Origin: Bugula neritina
Taxonomy: Eukaryota > Animalia > Bryozoa
Assembly: GCA_964035545.1 (NCBI GenBank)
Contig: OZ037765.1
Span: 35,240,080 to 35,304,079, forward strand
Direction of reading: 5' to 3'
Length of the DNA: 64,000 nt
The translations under genes were made by a program, and so were the position numbers. Numbering within the stretch: the first letter of the stretch is position 1; each line of letters starts with the position of its first letter. Of this stretch, positions 50,523 through 64,000 are shown piece after piece. Below the pieces are notes generated by a model. That model ran no database searches. It had not been told where the DNA came from and worked only from the letters and a program-made list of their open reading frames with translations.

Positions 50523-53500
50523 AAAAAACATTTTCGTTAAGCCAAAAAGAAATAGTAATACGCTTTTTTAGTTGACAGTTTTTAATTTCTGACTGATATT
50601 TCACCTTATTTCCAATTATAATTAACTTTTAACCGGCACTTTTCTTTGTAGTAATTCCTACCCTTTAGACTGTGTACTTTGAAATGAGTCTGTTTTACTC
50701 GTTACATAAAGTATAGTTGCACTGGCTACAGGTTGACACAAAAGCAAGCCTATCTTGATAAAATCATGCGCAAATGTAGAAACTACCGAGGAGTTTGTTC
50801 CTCATAATTAGAAATTGACAAATTATTTTTAATCCGTTTAAAAGCATCTGGTTAGGGAAGCATATGCCTTGTTCAATTTGTTATTCTAGCATTAAAAATA
50901 ACAGAATGCAATAATTATAAGTTTATGAAAGTAATTTGTTTTCTTTCTAATTACAAATATAATATTTTAGTATATATTGTAAATTTATAAGGCTTGCATT
51001 AGGAATAACGCAGCTAAAACATCATTTTCCTTAAAGTCTTAAAAATATATAAGTATAACATAATACACTATGCCAATAAACTTATTAAAGTACCAAGCAA
51101 GCTTAGCTAGTTTAAGAAAAATTACGCTAGGTAAATTCCCATTATTTATAGAATGCTTGCTGATATATTAGCTTTTGATGTAATTAAAGTAAATTATTAT
51201 TTATCTTTCTAGCTAAGGATTTCTTGCCGTAGGTATGTTTTGCTTTTATGCATGGAGAAATGTCGTAACAAACGAGTTAAATTTTTATAGCACATAAAAA
51301 TGTAATCTACAAGTCGAAGATATTTAAACTTAGCCATTAACTCATTTTAATTAGCAATGTAGCCTAAATCTAATACAATACAAAGTATATACCAGTATAT
51401 ATAATATATTTTTACCATATGCTGTTAATTACAGTATTTGTAAAACAAATTTTATGCTCATTAATTAAATGCAACAAATATTTATAAAATACTAATAATG
51501 TTGAATAAATAAATTCAATAATTCCTTTTCTATTTAAACGGCTGCATAATTTCTTGCAAGGTTGTATAAAGGAGTTGTGGCCTACAACTTATTATGTGTT
51601 CAATTGCCACATATGTCTTAGGAAGAAGAAAACTCCCCAAAAATTCTTAGTTTGAAAATTCTAGTATAATTAAAATCACTTAATATATGTCTTTGAAATG
51701 CATTTTGCCACTCTGCAAAATTGCAGGAACAAATATTGCATGAAGTAATAAATGATTTATGAAGTAATTAACAAACCAATGTAAAAACTGTTGTTGTATA
51801 TAGAACGCAACATATTGATTTTCTTCAATTTCCACATCAAATCTATATATTCAATTATATCTAACCAATGCTAATAAACTAAACATGCATGCATACAAAT
51901 ATTTGCACCATATGCAAGTAATATTAGCTAATTAGCAACTATAGCATTTTTTCATTATCTTTATTGCTTGCATATGTCTAAGTATTATTAAAATAAGGTT
52001 TTTATTTGCAACTTTGCACCACAAATTACATAAAATCTAAAAACTTGAGTTGTGACATAGGGCTACCTATACACAAATAGACCTTCATAAAACTCTCAAT
52101 GATTTTATTCAACTCATGTATGCAAAAGTTTTGCTTTAAAACAATTCTTCTAAACCACTCTAGAGCAGGGAATTATTACAGAAACAGCTTCTCATATATA
52201 ATTTTTCCCCAGATTAATTTTTTTTCCTGTATTTAAACTAACTTAGCAAGTGAAGATTGTGATATCACTCAGGTAATCACATATATATTATTCATAGCTG
52301 TAATACTTTAGCAATGAATAGATCATATTTAATTTCCACTTTACCTAGCAGTTTTTCAGAATTATAGAGCTATGTATATCGTGAAATTGGAATAGCCTAA
52401 TAGTTTTACATGTGTTTATAGCTAGACAAATTAACTTAAAAAGCTTACAATAATTAGATGATATTTGCATTCTTTTGAAGGTTATGGTGAAGCTACTGCA
52501 AAACTGGCCATTGGTTTAGCATAATATGCAATGCCACGCAAAAGCATGCCAAACAAGCAATTTTTATTTACCTTACCAGTGCAATTTTATCACCTTAAAC
52601 ACAAAAGCAAGTATAAAATACGCATCCATATTAGATTAACTGTCAAGTTAAAAAAAGACAACATATATTCATGAGCTGGTTCTGTTTGCACAAGTACAAT
52701 TTAGACCAGCTTATTATTTAGATTGCCACAAAAACATGACGTAAAATATGTCTTTAATCATTATTTTGATATTCACTGGTTGAAGATATTTTTTATATCC
52801 TAATATGTAAATATTGTACATAAATCTTAAAAATTAACTAGGTGAATAAGGAAAACTGCTAATTTTATGAAACTGTTATGTTAATAAAGACAATGGCTAT
52901 CAACAAATCCCACCAGACCACAAACTAATTGTAAATACTAAAGCAATTACATAGTGCTATGTGTTGATCTAGCCTAGTCAATACACCACAAATATGTATT
53001 ATGACATACCACATTTTATGTACTGGGTTACCACTTATTCTAATGGGTATTTGTTTAAACTGTTATATACAGCTTTTTGCACTACCAATATACAAGCCAG
53101 TTGTTATTCTGTCACTTTTTATCTACAACTCTTTTTAATGCCAGTTACTTGTTAGCTTTAGTACAAACAGCTAAACATTCTACTCTACAGCTAATCTTAC
53201 TGTTAACTCTTGTTTAACAATATTACAAGAATCTAAAAATTTGAGTGTGTTTTAAGTATAATATTCTATCATTATAACTTTTAAATGAAACAATAATATG
53301 ATAAATGCATTATAACTTTCTGAAAAGTTTGTTTGCAAAGTAAATGTTTTTGGAAAATAGTTTTACAACATTTGCTAGGAGCATTATATTTATTCCTATC
53401 TCAAATAATTTTGTTTGAACTGCTATGTTTGTAATCATGTAATCAGAAGTAAAGCATCGGTAAAATGGGTATAAGTAGAAGCTTGACAGCTACATTAGGC

Positions 53501-55356
53501 ATTGCTACATAGTACATAAATATATGGCCCTATTAAATACTTAGCTGCATTCACAGATAAATGCATGGCTTGGAATTACAATACCATGAATACATTATTT
53601 ATTTAGCTGGGTAACTATACAATTATGCCAAAGTGAAAAGCTTTTGGTTATTAATGCCTGAAATGTCTAACAATCTACTTGGGAGACCACCTTGTTGTTA
53701 CAGAGTGAATGAGTTATTTGTTTGGCATTTGGATGATGGCACAAAGAAAGGCTATTTGGTTTGTTACTTGAGACTAGTAGCAAACTGCTACAGTCATAGC
53801 ATCTTAGAAGATTTTGCATCACTTGCTAGAATTGTACATTATTTTAATGTAGCTATTGAAATTAATATCGCACTGAAAACACAGTATTGCAAAATCTTAA
53901 GCTGTACATAATTATATTATGCATCAAAAAGTACTTCTGCTATTCGACTATCCCAGGTTTATTTTAAACTAGCACTGCCAAAGTGCCTTGACTCTATTAC
54001 AGTGTTTACTAGCTAATTTTGTTCTTCTCAATAGTGAAATAGATCTATTGCAAGAAATTAATGACTAGATATGACAATAATGATTTTTAGGCAAGACTTT
54101 CGCATCTATATTGCTCATCTGCTAGCTTGAAATACCCCTCTCCTTGGACTAATCTCAGGCTTTTCATTGTTGTTTAAACAGTTTTTAAACTCCTATTTCA
54201 ATAAATCATTACCAACACTGCCTGCATGTATTAATATTCATTAGTGCCATCAATGCACTGTGGAGACAGCACCTGATGTTCTGTATATTACATTATAGTA
54301 CAGAGATACTAAATCCAAAACATCTAAAATAATTGATGCTTCTACCAGATTTTTAGCACACCTATAATATGTATTCCTGTAGTAAATATTAATAAGATGT
54401 TTTAACTGATAGTTTTTATGCCATTATAATAGTTTGATACTATAACTACAACTTGAAACTCTTTAACCAGCACATTGGTTAGTAATATTGCTTCTTGATA
54501 TTTAATTGCTGGTTCACAAACTATCAATAATAGGGATGCATATCAAAACTTGACTGCATTCATAATATGATTTTAATGCTAGGTAATGACTAAGCATGTC
54601 TGGCTGATATGAGGTGACTATTTTGTACACTGTTTAACAACATCAGCTTTTTGGGTTCATTTAAAGCATCTGCAAATCTGTATTATACATAATTACTGTT
54701 AAGGCCAATTATTTAAATTGTTAACCCTGAAATTCTTTTTACACTGTAATACTAAGTAGTAAAAGATATGTATATATATATATAAACTGATTGTAATTTA
54801 TACATAACATTGTACATTTAAAAAAAATCACAAAATACATAATTTATTAGCTAAATTTCAAGGCGTTTTGTAGGTAGTGGGTTAATGTCAATAAAGTAGA
54901 ATCCGGGAAGTTGAGTAGCTTTATTCAAGAGGAAGGCTCTCCAACAGTTCTACCAAAGCCTAAATAACATGTATAAAATAAAGGTTATATGCACAATTTT
55001 TTTTCCAAAACAGCCTGCAACTGTTTTGCTATTGCATATGCCCTATGCCATTCATCAAGTAGAACAATTTTAACCAGGATATCTAGAAAAGTTGACACAA
55101 GGGCTTTATAAACTATGTAACAGTAAAACTGTGAGTAGAAATTAATTGACACTAATGAATAATGCTTTAGGTGCTGGCAACAACCATAAAAGAAAAGTTA
55201 TATAACAAACAAATAGAAAAAGCACTAAACAAATCAACAGCATTATATACAATTGGGGCACATACATGAAAACAGCAGCTAGTGTCATTTTCTTAAGACA
55301 GCACTATTTTAGGTATAAATTTAAGAAGTATTAGAAAATGCAGAAATTTACTGCAA

Positions 55357-55756
55357 TTGGTTCATTTTATTTAAGTTAGTACATACTGAAGATCTCAAGT
55401 TTTTGCTAATGAACATGAGTTTTGGCCCGAAACTAAAAAAATATCAATAAATACACCTAAATAATCAAGGATCTTTTTAATTTTCTTTGATTTCCTATGC
55501 TTTTTTCTAATTACAGCAACTTCTGACTGGGGATCGCCACGGTTAGTTTGTAACAGTAGGCAATCCAAATGAAATGAATAAATAGGAAAAAACATGAGAA
55601 ATCATGCAAAATTAAGAAGAACCTTGATTATTTAGGTGTATTTCTTGATGTCTCACTAATTTTAAGCAAAAAGCATTGTTCATTAGCAGCTAAAATGTAA
55701 AAATGGCTAAAAACTGCAGATTTCCAGTGTGTACTAAATTAAATAAAAGGACTCAA
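55357..55756. mobile_element. MITE family X, copy 2
   Basis: TIRs ttggttcattttatttaagttagtaca / tgtactaaattaaataaaaggactcaa; interior similar to 17789-17980 and largely palindromic. Confidence 0.75.
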
Positions 55757-55955
55757 TCACCTTTGCAACATAATTCAATAATTGCATGGTCAAGCAGAAT
55801 AAACTACAATTAACAGCAACAACAGTGTAATAGTTGCGTAGAAAAGTTGTACTGCAAAAAACTAAAAGAATGCAAAATCTATAAATGTGTGCTACCAAGT
55901 AAATGCTGAACAGACATCATGAAATAGTGTACGAAATACAAACTATTAAACTTAC

Positions 55956-56918
55956 CTGTTGGTCTAATGCAGCCAAAACCTTAAGCTTAGAGTAGTGGAA
56001 TGGTGCTGTTCGATGTTGATATGCTACAAGTAGCTAAGATGACTCAAATTCTTGCCTTTAGGAGTAAGAGGCCTCAGCTCAGTTTCAACAAAACTTCCAA
56101 TAATCTCAACGGATGCGCTCAATTAGGAGCCACAACAAAGCACACCCATGTCATTTTAGTAAACTCTAAAAAATGAACGGAAATAAAACTGTTAGAGAGT
56201 AAACAGAGAAACATATAGTGATGGGGGAAAAACCTGTCAGCAAAGGTTATATACACTCATAGCCATAACACGAAGAAAAAGATAATGAATAACAACCTAT
56301 TCAAGATGACACAAGAAACCAAACAAATTTCTTTGACTAAAAAATATAATTAAATACTATATTACTTGGCAAAAAATATTTGTTTTGAACAACGTATTAT
56401 TGGGAAGAATTGCCAGTGTCCTTAATTTTGAGATTAAAGTTTCTGCCTTATAGCGGAAATAGAGAGGCAATCAATAGTGTACAAAACATGTTTTCAGTCA
56501 TTGGCTGTTGACTAAATTGACAAAGTTAAAGAAAGCTTCCATATCATTATTTATTTTGTTCTCAAGTGTGTGGTTACAGTTTCATGAGTCAGAAATATAA
56601 TTATTTGAGATATGAAATCAAATGTAGTCAAAAGAGTGTCATACAATTTAAAATGTAGTAATAGAGCTTTGACAATAATTTCTTCTGCTAAGTAAAACAG
56701 GTACCATTATGTGCTACTTATCTTTTAGAGATGAACACCAAGGATGTTGAAAACAAAATAGTTGTAAATTACAGCAAATACCTTTCTACTTACCTAACCA
56801 GAGAAAATAAGTTTTCAACCTTGCATGCACTCAGCTGGTTTTCAATGTTTGGATCAGTGACATCTTTATAACTGATAGCAGCATTATGTGATAGCTTTAG
56901 GAATTGTTACCTTAAATC
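55956..56918 (-). pseudogene. Possible decayed spliced gene remnant (exons ~56918-56794 and ~56166-55956), product unidentified
   Basis: Two segments bounded by tttag / gtaagt on the minus strand with compatible phase but several in-frame stops. Confidence 0.25.
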
Positions 56919-57789
56919 TAAATTATATAAAACAAGAAGTGCAAAAATATGGCATTAGTACTCATTGCACAATACACACTTGCTAGAGTAGCTAATCTAG
57001 CATCACATTAATTTAAGAAAGACAAAATTTTATTACTGTTCACAAATGATGAATATTAAAATTTCAATAATTAGACAAATTAACAATGATATTGATGTTA
57101 CTTCAAACATTACTAATGGTAAACACCAAAATACTAATAGGAATAGTCATGTTAACATCAATTAGAAAAGTAAAGATAATTTGAAAATGAGACAGTTTAT
57201 AGGTCTAACTCTTATAGTTAACAAGCAATTACAGGGCAGTCATATTGATGTAGGCTACCCTCAAAATGTAGCACTTTAAAAATATTAAAAAGACAGCACA
57301 TATAAGAACATAATCTTAAAAATAGGCATATGTGACACCTATATTTTGATTAACAAAGAAATCTTCTTTACTTTATTAATCTAGCTCATATAATGGTATT
57401 CTGTCTTAGTATGTTATTTTAATACTTGAAATCTAATCAGCTACAGAAAAGTACTTCAATTCAAAGGCCTTCATAATTATTCTTTAGTTTGCTATTTAAA
57501 TAGACAGTAAGGTTGATGAATAAAATAAAAGTTAGTAAAATAAAAACTAAATAAATTGAGAATAATATCTCCACTCTAAGGTTATAATCCTTATAAATTA
57601 ACATTTTAATACTCCTGTTATCCTTAGGTATAGTTGTTAACAATTTAACTATGAGCTCAAAGCCAAATGTCAGTATCAGCATCCCCATTACATTGACTAA
57701 GACTGACTTTATAACCCTCAAGCTGTGGCACTCAATTTCTATAAGTAGTAACTAATAACAAATATAAAATTATTTATTTGCTACTGATA

Positions 57790-59590
57790 GTGATAATAAT
57801 AATAATTAAAAATAATAATATGATCCATTAAAATAGAACTAATAAAGCCAACGACGTTAATGGTATGTCTAACTAAACATGGCATGTCTCGTCTGGCAGT
57901 GGGTATGTGGAGGGCCAGGCAACCTACGGCCGTCAACCCGTTAATGGCAAAACTAGAAGAAGATACTCAAGAGAAGACAACAAAGTTGTCATGAAATGCT
58001 GCTTCAAAAGTACACCCAAATTGAGAGGTTATAGAAAAACAATGTATGAGCTCTGTAGACCCGGATCAAAGAATTATTTAAAAAGAATGTGCAAACGCTG
58101 GAAAACAGAGGAGAGTTTAACATCAGCGAATAGAGACTAGCGGATTAAGCAAGAACTATGAAGAAACACAAGCATTTTATGGAAGAAGAACTCCATAAGA
58201 TTGAAGAAGGAACCTTGCAAGAACTAGGCACATCAATTGGTAAAGAAGATAATGAAGAGCTAAATTTGCAAATAGAGGATGTTATAGTACAACATGAGAT
58301 AGCATATAAATCAGCCATGAGAATTTTAAGAGTACCTAGTTCAGAGGTAGAAAAAGTGTTAGTAGAAAAATTATAAATGAGCATAACAAACTATCTAATG
58401 ATCGACCAACACTAAGAGCCCTTAGGCACATTGAGAGGGTCAAATTACTACAGGCAGTAAAACAGATTAATGATGTGCTAAACTGTGTTGAGATTATTAA
58501 TACCATTGAGCTTAATAACACCACCATGGATTGTGCAAAAAATAGTAACAGAACAAGTGTGTAACAGAAAGGAAAAAGAAAAACTGACAATGTACAAGTA
58601 TGGAAAATACGACTGCAGAAGAAATAAAAAGAAATTAGATCAGACTTAAGTAAAATAGCAGAGTGAAAAAGTAGAGCTTACAATGATTCATTGAGAAGAA
58701 TGGTTGAAGAAAAATATAGGATAAAGAACAAAGAGTGTGGTGTAGTGATTGAAAAACTGAAGCAAAACCTGAGAGCTGTAAGCCAGAAGATAAACAGATA
58801 TACAGAATGAGTTGATCAATATAATCAGAACACAATGTTTACAATGATAAGCGCTTTTATCAAGAATTACGAGGAAATGAATGTACATCTAAAGAGGCAC
58901 CTGACAAGGAAATCAAAAGCATTCTGATAAAATATATGGGGTCAGCCAACTAAAAATAATACCAATGCAGAATGACTAAATAAAGTTAGCAACAAATTGG
59001 AGCATATGTAAAGACAAGGAAATTAGATCTTAGAAACGATGCAAACAACTGGAATAGCAATTAATGTCATAAGGTTGATAAGAAAAAGCATGAAACCTGG
59101 AAAACACAACTGAAATACCTGGAAGAAAAGATAGGAGAAATAAAGATCAAACTAAGAATTTTCCAAGGAGACTCTTTATCTCTATCCCTTTTCTCCAACT
59201 ACCGATTCGCATGACAGAAGCGGCTCAATGATGCAAATTTCGACGAGACAGAAAACAAACCATCTCCTATATGTGGATGACCTGAAGGTAAATAGGAAAT
59301 CAAAGTCAGAACTGGAAGCTTTGGTAAACACTGCCGGGATCTTCACAAGGAATATAGAAATGAAATTTGGATTAAAAAATGTGCCACACTGGTTATGAGA
59401 AAGGGAAAGAAAATCAAGGACACAGGAATCAGTTTGCCTGATGAACAGGTAATCAAAGATCTGGGTGAGAAGCCGTATAAATATCTAGGAGTTCTTGAGA
59501 TTGATAGAATACAAATATATGAAATAAAAAATAAGATCAGGGAGTACTACACAGAGAGAAATATTAGTGTTAGAGTGAACATTAGCTGAC
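57790..59590 (+). mobile_element. Decayed non-LTR retrotransposon, R4/Dong-like RT
   Basis: RRRYSREDNKVVMKCCF...GYRK N-terminus, IFQGDSLS, HLLYVDDLK, YKYLGVLE; many stops and internal deletions. Confidence 0.8.
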
Positions 59591-59744
59591 AACTAAAACA
59601 GCTCGTTTTTTGGCTCCTAAATTGACCAGTAGTGAATAGAAATTAGTGTCAGGTACTGTTCACAGTGAATAGTATGTTAGATCAATGTTGATATAAAGAG
59701 TTGTGAAGTTGATTCTTTGTATTTATCACAATGAGCCAAGTTAT

Positions 59745-59960
59745 GTTCAATGGTGATCTTATATATTTTCAATGGTGATCTTATTTATGCTCAATAGTGA
59801 TATTATATATGTTCAATGGTGAGCTTATATATATTCAATGGTGAGCTTATTTATGCTCAATAGTGATATTAGATATGTTTAATGATGATCTTATTTCTGT
59901 TCAATGATGATCTTAGATATGCTCAATGCTGAACTAAGTTATATTCAAAGCTGAACTTAT
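59745..59960. repeat. Degenerate ~21-bp minisatellite
   Basis: Unit resembling gttcaatggtgatcttatata. Confidence 0.8.
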
Positions 59961-60562
59961 AAATGTTCCATGCTGCTCTAATTTTTGTTGGAAATAAGCT
60001 TCTGCAAAAATTATTACTGATCACTCTGAACTAACTTGTCATAACTTCTAACCAGTATGAGAGTATAGTAATGTGGATTTTATTGTATATGATAGTTGAA
60101 TATAAGAAATGCAACAAAAAATAACTTCTAAAGATTAAAATAAGAAAAAAAAACATGAAAATAAACATTTGCAGAATTTTTCTACGACTGTAAATTCAGT
60201 TGACTTTTCTCAATATTAGCAGAACCTGCTAAGACCATAGTGTGTGTCATTACATTCTTGCTCTGTAGTGTAGCGATAACCAAGCAGTTGTGGTGTGTAA
60301 TGGTTAGCACACCTGTGTGCAAGTCCGAAGTCTGTGATAGTAACCCAAGTACGGGAGGGGGGAGGGGGAAGTTTTATAACTAATTTCAGCGGTTAGTAAA
60401 GTGTGGTAGTACTCCGAGAGGAGTTGAGTGGTCAGGGAAACTTGAAGGAGTAGTATAAAAAAAGGCAGCTGAGTTCTTGAAAAGTGGGTAATAGTCTGGC
60501 AGAACTGGGGGTTAGGTTCGCAATCTCGGATAAAGTTTTTTTCTCTTTTGATTATTTATCTT

Positions 60563-63140
60563 GAGGGTCCAGGTACATGTTTCCAGGTGGGTGTGGACCT
60601 GCCACCCTTGAGCATTTCGAGAAATCCAAGATGGCCGCCAATTATGAAAAAATCGTAATCTAGTCGGCATAAAGTCTATATTATGTTGCAAAAATAAAAT
60701 TTTTTTGATGATTAAAATAGATGTGCATTTTTAGAATAAATATGTGCAATGCCAGTAAAAAAGAAATCAAAGTAAAGAGCTAAGAGACATGTTTTTTAGC
60801 TCAAAAATCGGAATTGCTTCAATAAAACATCACATATGGTGCAGAGAAATGATACAAGGTTTTTGAATGACTGTTTGGGCACTGGGCAGATATATAAAAA
60901 AACATTACTTATTGCCAGGAAATAGAAAGTGAAAAAAAGATACAGATGCAACATATTGCTCAGCTAAAGTTAAAATTGAACGTATATATAATCGTACAAA
61001 TGCGACAAACTTTCACTCATGTTCATATTAAACTCCTTTTTCATTTTTTTTATCATTAGTATTTGTTAGAAATGTTAGTTCATTGCAGCACACTCCTTTT
61101 ACTGCTTCACAAGGGCAGAACTCTGTGCATGGGATAGATGTACTAGAATAGCCATATCTTGTTGTTTAACATGATTGTTGGCTTCCACAGGAGCATTTAA
61201 TGAATTTGGGCCATTTTACTTTATTTAGTACACATCAGCAGATTATGATCAAACATTTTAAAGTTTGCTCAAAATTCATGAAACTTACTGTATGGGGTAA
61301 TAGAATTCGCTGATTCTATCTATGCATAACAAAATGACTGGGAAGAGGTCCTGCAACATTTAAGCGCGGCGTCATTGTCATACGAGCTAAATATACATTT
61401 GTGAATCATCACGGCCTATATAATACCTCAATGTAATAATAAATTAGGAATAGACATAGAAAATCATGCATAATTGGAAAAACCTTAATTATTCAGTTTT
61501 ATTTGTTAAAATTTTGATAGTTTGAGCCAAAAATCTATATACAATAGCAGCTAAACTGTAAAAAATCGCCAAAAGCTAGAGCCGTCGAGTGTACACCAAA
61601 TTAACTAACATGATCTACTTCATAATACTGTCTGGTGTAAGCACAACATCATATTTCATAATCCTTTTGGGAAAAGAGATTCTATTAGATTCCCTATCAC
61701 TTACCAATGTTCTAGTGGGTTTAATGCCGCAGTTTCATATGGCTACCTGGAGGTGTGCTCTGGTGACATTGTCCAATAGCTTCATCTGTAGGAGGCAAAG
61801 TACATAAGTTAAAGGCACATCGCAAATAGCATTGCTGACCTTGGTTTCCCAAGTCTTTTGTCTTGTAGATGTCATGGAGGAGCACTTTGCATAATTGTAG
61901 CAACATAGCATAAAGTTGGTAGCTTGTAGGAATAGTAATCCTGAAAAAAGCACTAGTGTCACCAAATCACATTTTCCTTCTACCAAGACATTTAGTATGA
62001 CTCTCTTTCCAATATTCTACATTGTTGCCCCTGAGAGACCATGGGAAGGCAGCAAATTTTTCATTATAGGGCTTTGTCTCAGACTTTCTCATCCAGTACG
62101 CCGTTGTCCAAGATGAGTAGCAGTTTTGCAGGGCACCAAGTGCTATCAGAGAGTGTCATCTGATTCTATTGTCAACATCTTCATCTGAGAAGCCACATTT
62201 CAGTATGCCATCCTTCACTGTATCCGTTAACCTTTTTTGCCCCCTCCCCCCTCTCCGTTTCTCTTTCTCTGTATCTTCATCTCAGCCACCATTATAATAT
62301 CTTCCTCCGTATCTCTTCTGCGCACATGTCCATACTATTGAAGAGGTCTTCTCTTCATGTCTATTGCGATAGCTTCTATTTTGGCCTCCTCCTTTATATT
62401 ATCATTTGTTACATGGTCTTCCCAATTCATATTGTAAATTTTTTTAAGCATCCTCATCTCAGTTGCACTTATCTGCTTCAATATTGACAAGAGCAACTGG
62501 GTGGCATCATTCTTTTAGTGGGTCACTGCAGAGTTCAATCTTCCGTTTGACAGACTCCCTGTCCTTTGAATCAGATTGGATTCTTGATTGCATCTCATCC
62601 TTATGAGTAGTGAAAGCATTTATTTCAGACTCATCCCTGATGTCACTGAGGCCATACTATATCTTGTTGCATGCAGAAGTGCTGTACACCCACACCTTGA
62701 GAGTTTCGAATTTAGTGGTGATGCCAATGATTCCCCCTTGCTGTGACCAAATCTCACGAAGGTCACCTCAATGGTCATGTCTGACCAGATGCCGTCGAGC
62801 TGGCCGCGTTTATGATGCATTGCGTGGTTACCAGCCGCGAATTCAATCCTTACATCTTGTGGCATGACCTCCATGCTATGCAGATAGTGCATTTCCTCTT
62901 CTATTGCTAGGTATAAGGCCCAGTCTCATTTTCTAACAGATATGATGTGGGTGTTGATGGTAAAAATTGGTCCAATAAAGCACATGGCCCACAGTTTTGC
63001 TGTTCTTGAGCTCTCTGCAATCTTAATCAACATCTTTTCAAGCTCCTTCATGCTAGTGATTACACTTTCATCAAGACTAGCTTTAACAGTTCTCCCACCA
63101 ATATTCTCAGACCTTGTACATTCTGGAGAAACTTTTTCTA
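60563..63140 (-). mobile_element. Decayed large DNA transposon remnant, Academ-like transposase with C-terminal CXC-type Cys cluster
   Basis: YLHSME...GIWSDMTIEVTFVRFGHSKG (62620-62892); KCSCGSQQSC*...IPCTEFCPCE..CCN at ~61080-61200; terminal region with ccaagatggccgcc. Superfamily assigned from recalled motifs only. Confidence 0.55.
61206..61617. mobile_element. MITE family X, copy 3, interrupting the transposase remnant
   Basis: ttgggccattttactttatttagtacac terminus; interior is reverse-complement-similar to 17789-18213. Confidence 0.65.
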
Positions 63141-64000
63141 TTTAGCATTTTGGAGAAACAACCAAAAGTAGAATTAACTACTTCTACCAAACCACTTTCA
63201 GCTATTAGTGTTCCAGTGCACCCAACATAGGTCATTAAAAGGGGAGAAATTAATAGTAAACGTTAATGAAAGGGGATTGGTATGAAAAAGGTAGGAAACC
63301 ACTGTTCTAATAGATGTATTACTTCCCTCAGCATGAAATACATTTTCATTTATAAAAAACTGTTGCAAATGCTTTTAGAGGAAAAGTCAAATGGGCTGAT
63401 TGTAGAAATAGTTTTCGAAAGCAAAAATGTCAATATTTAGATAAATGGTGTGTCAATAATAAAGCAATTAAATTATGTTAAGAAGCCTTGGTGCTGTGTT
63501 ATTAAAATTTTTGACCCCTTTTTATAACTTTAAAAAACATAGCTAAAGTTTTAAAACTAAAAATAACTATTAAGTTGGCAGCTCAACAAACCTTTTCGAT
63601 AGGCATGCCAGTTGGAAATAAATTGCTATTCAACTCATATGGCAATGACGTTGCATTTTAAGTTTGCAGAACTCCTTTCAGCTTTATTTGGTGGACATAC
63701 TTGTAATCAGCATATAACATCACACCATATAGTAAACTTTCATGAAGTTAGAACAAACTGATGCAGAGATAAAAGGAAATTATAAACACGGCAAGGCTAG
63801 GTTAAACTTGAAAAAATGAATGATTAAGGCTTAGCTTAGTTACCCTTGGGTATCATTTGCCTATTACTCAATAATGCATATGAGAAAGGCACAGGCATCT
63901 TTATTATATTAATTTCTAAAGATTTCAAAGCATTGGAACCTTAAATTTAGCCCCAATGGGTAGGTACATTTGAATTAAAAAAATCGTTTGGTGCCTGGCG

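Noticed and set aside
50530-57780. Continuation of the LRR gene (Roc/COR, NACHT, kinase exons)
   Set aside because: No P-loop or other recognisable + strand exon found by eye; cannot be excluded without HMM search
60283-60350. tRNA-like sequence (A-box tggtgtgtaatggttagc)
   Set aside because: No intact B-box/T-arm or acceptor stem; at most a decayed SINE head

Overview
AT-rich, intron-containing eukaryotic (invertebrate animal-like) DNA, not prokaryotic. The + strand carries an innate-immunity/cell-death cluster that the ORF track mostly misses. (1) The last exon of a caspase gene (774-1010) ends ...RKRNSCSII*. (2) A second caspase paralog (~4981-11049) has a SAM-like segment, SHG and QACSN catalytic motifs and several disabling lesions in its 5' exons. 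Its fully open 1950-bp last exon holds ~61 nine-residue repeats and ends ...KIKRKRKSKRKFCKQQ*. Both caspases therefore end in a polybasic + CaaX-type membrane anchor. (3) An LRR gene (ATG at 14436) is built from seven 141-bp phase-2/phase-2 exons of two LRRs each. These are hypervariable at the solvent-exposed beta-strand positions and were amplified by tandem duplication together with a palindromic foldback element. The rest is transposon-rich: a MITE-in-Gypsy-in-Copia nest with intact TSDs, a second decayed Gypsy, Penelope-like fragments, two non-LTR retroelements, an Academ-like remnant, several MITEs and many mini/microsatellites. All exon structures were read by hand from GT-AG signals and reading phase and are not transcript-confirmed.
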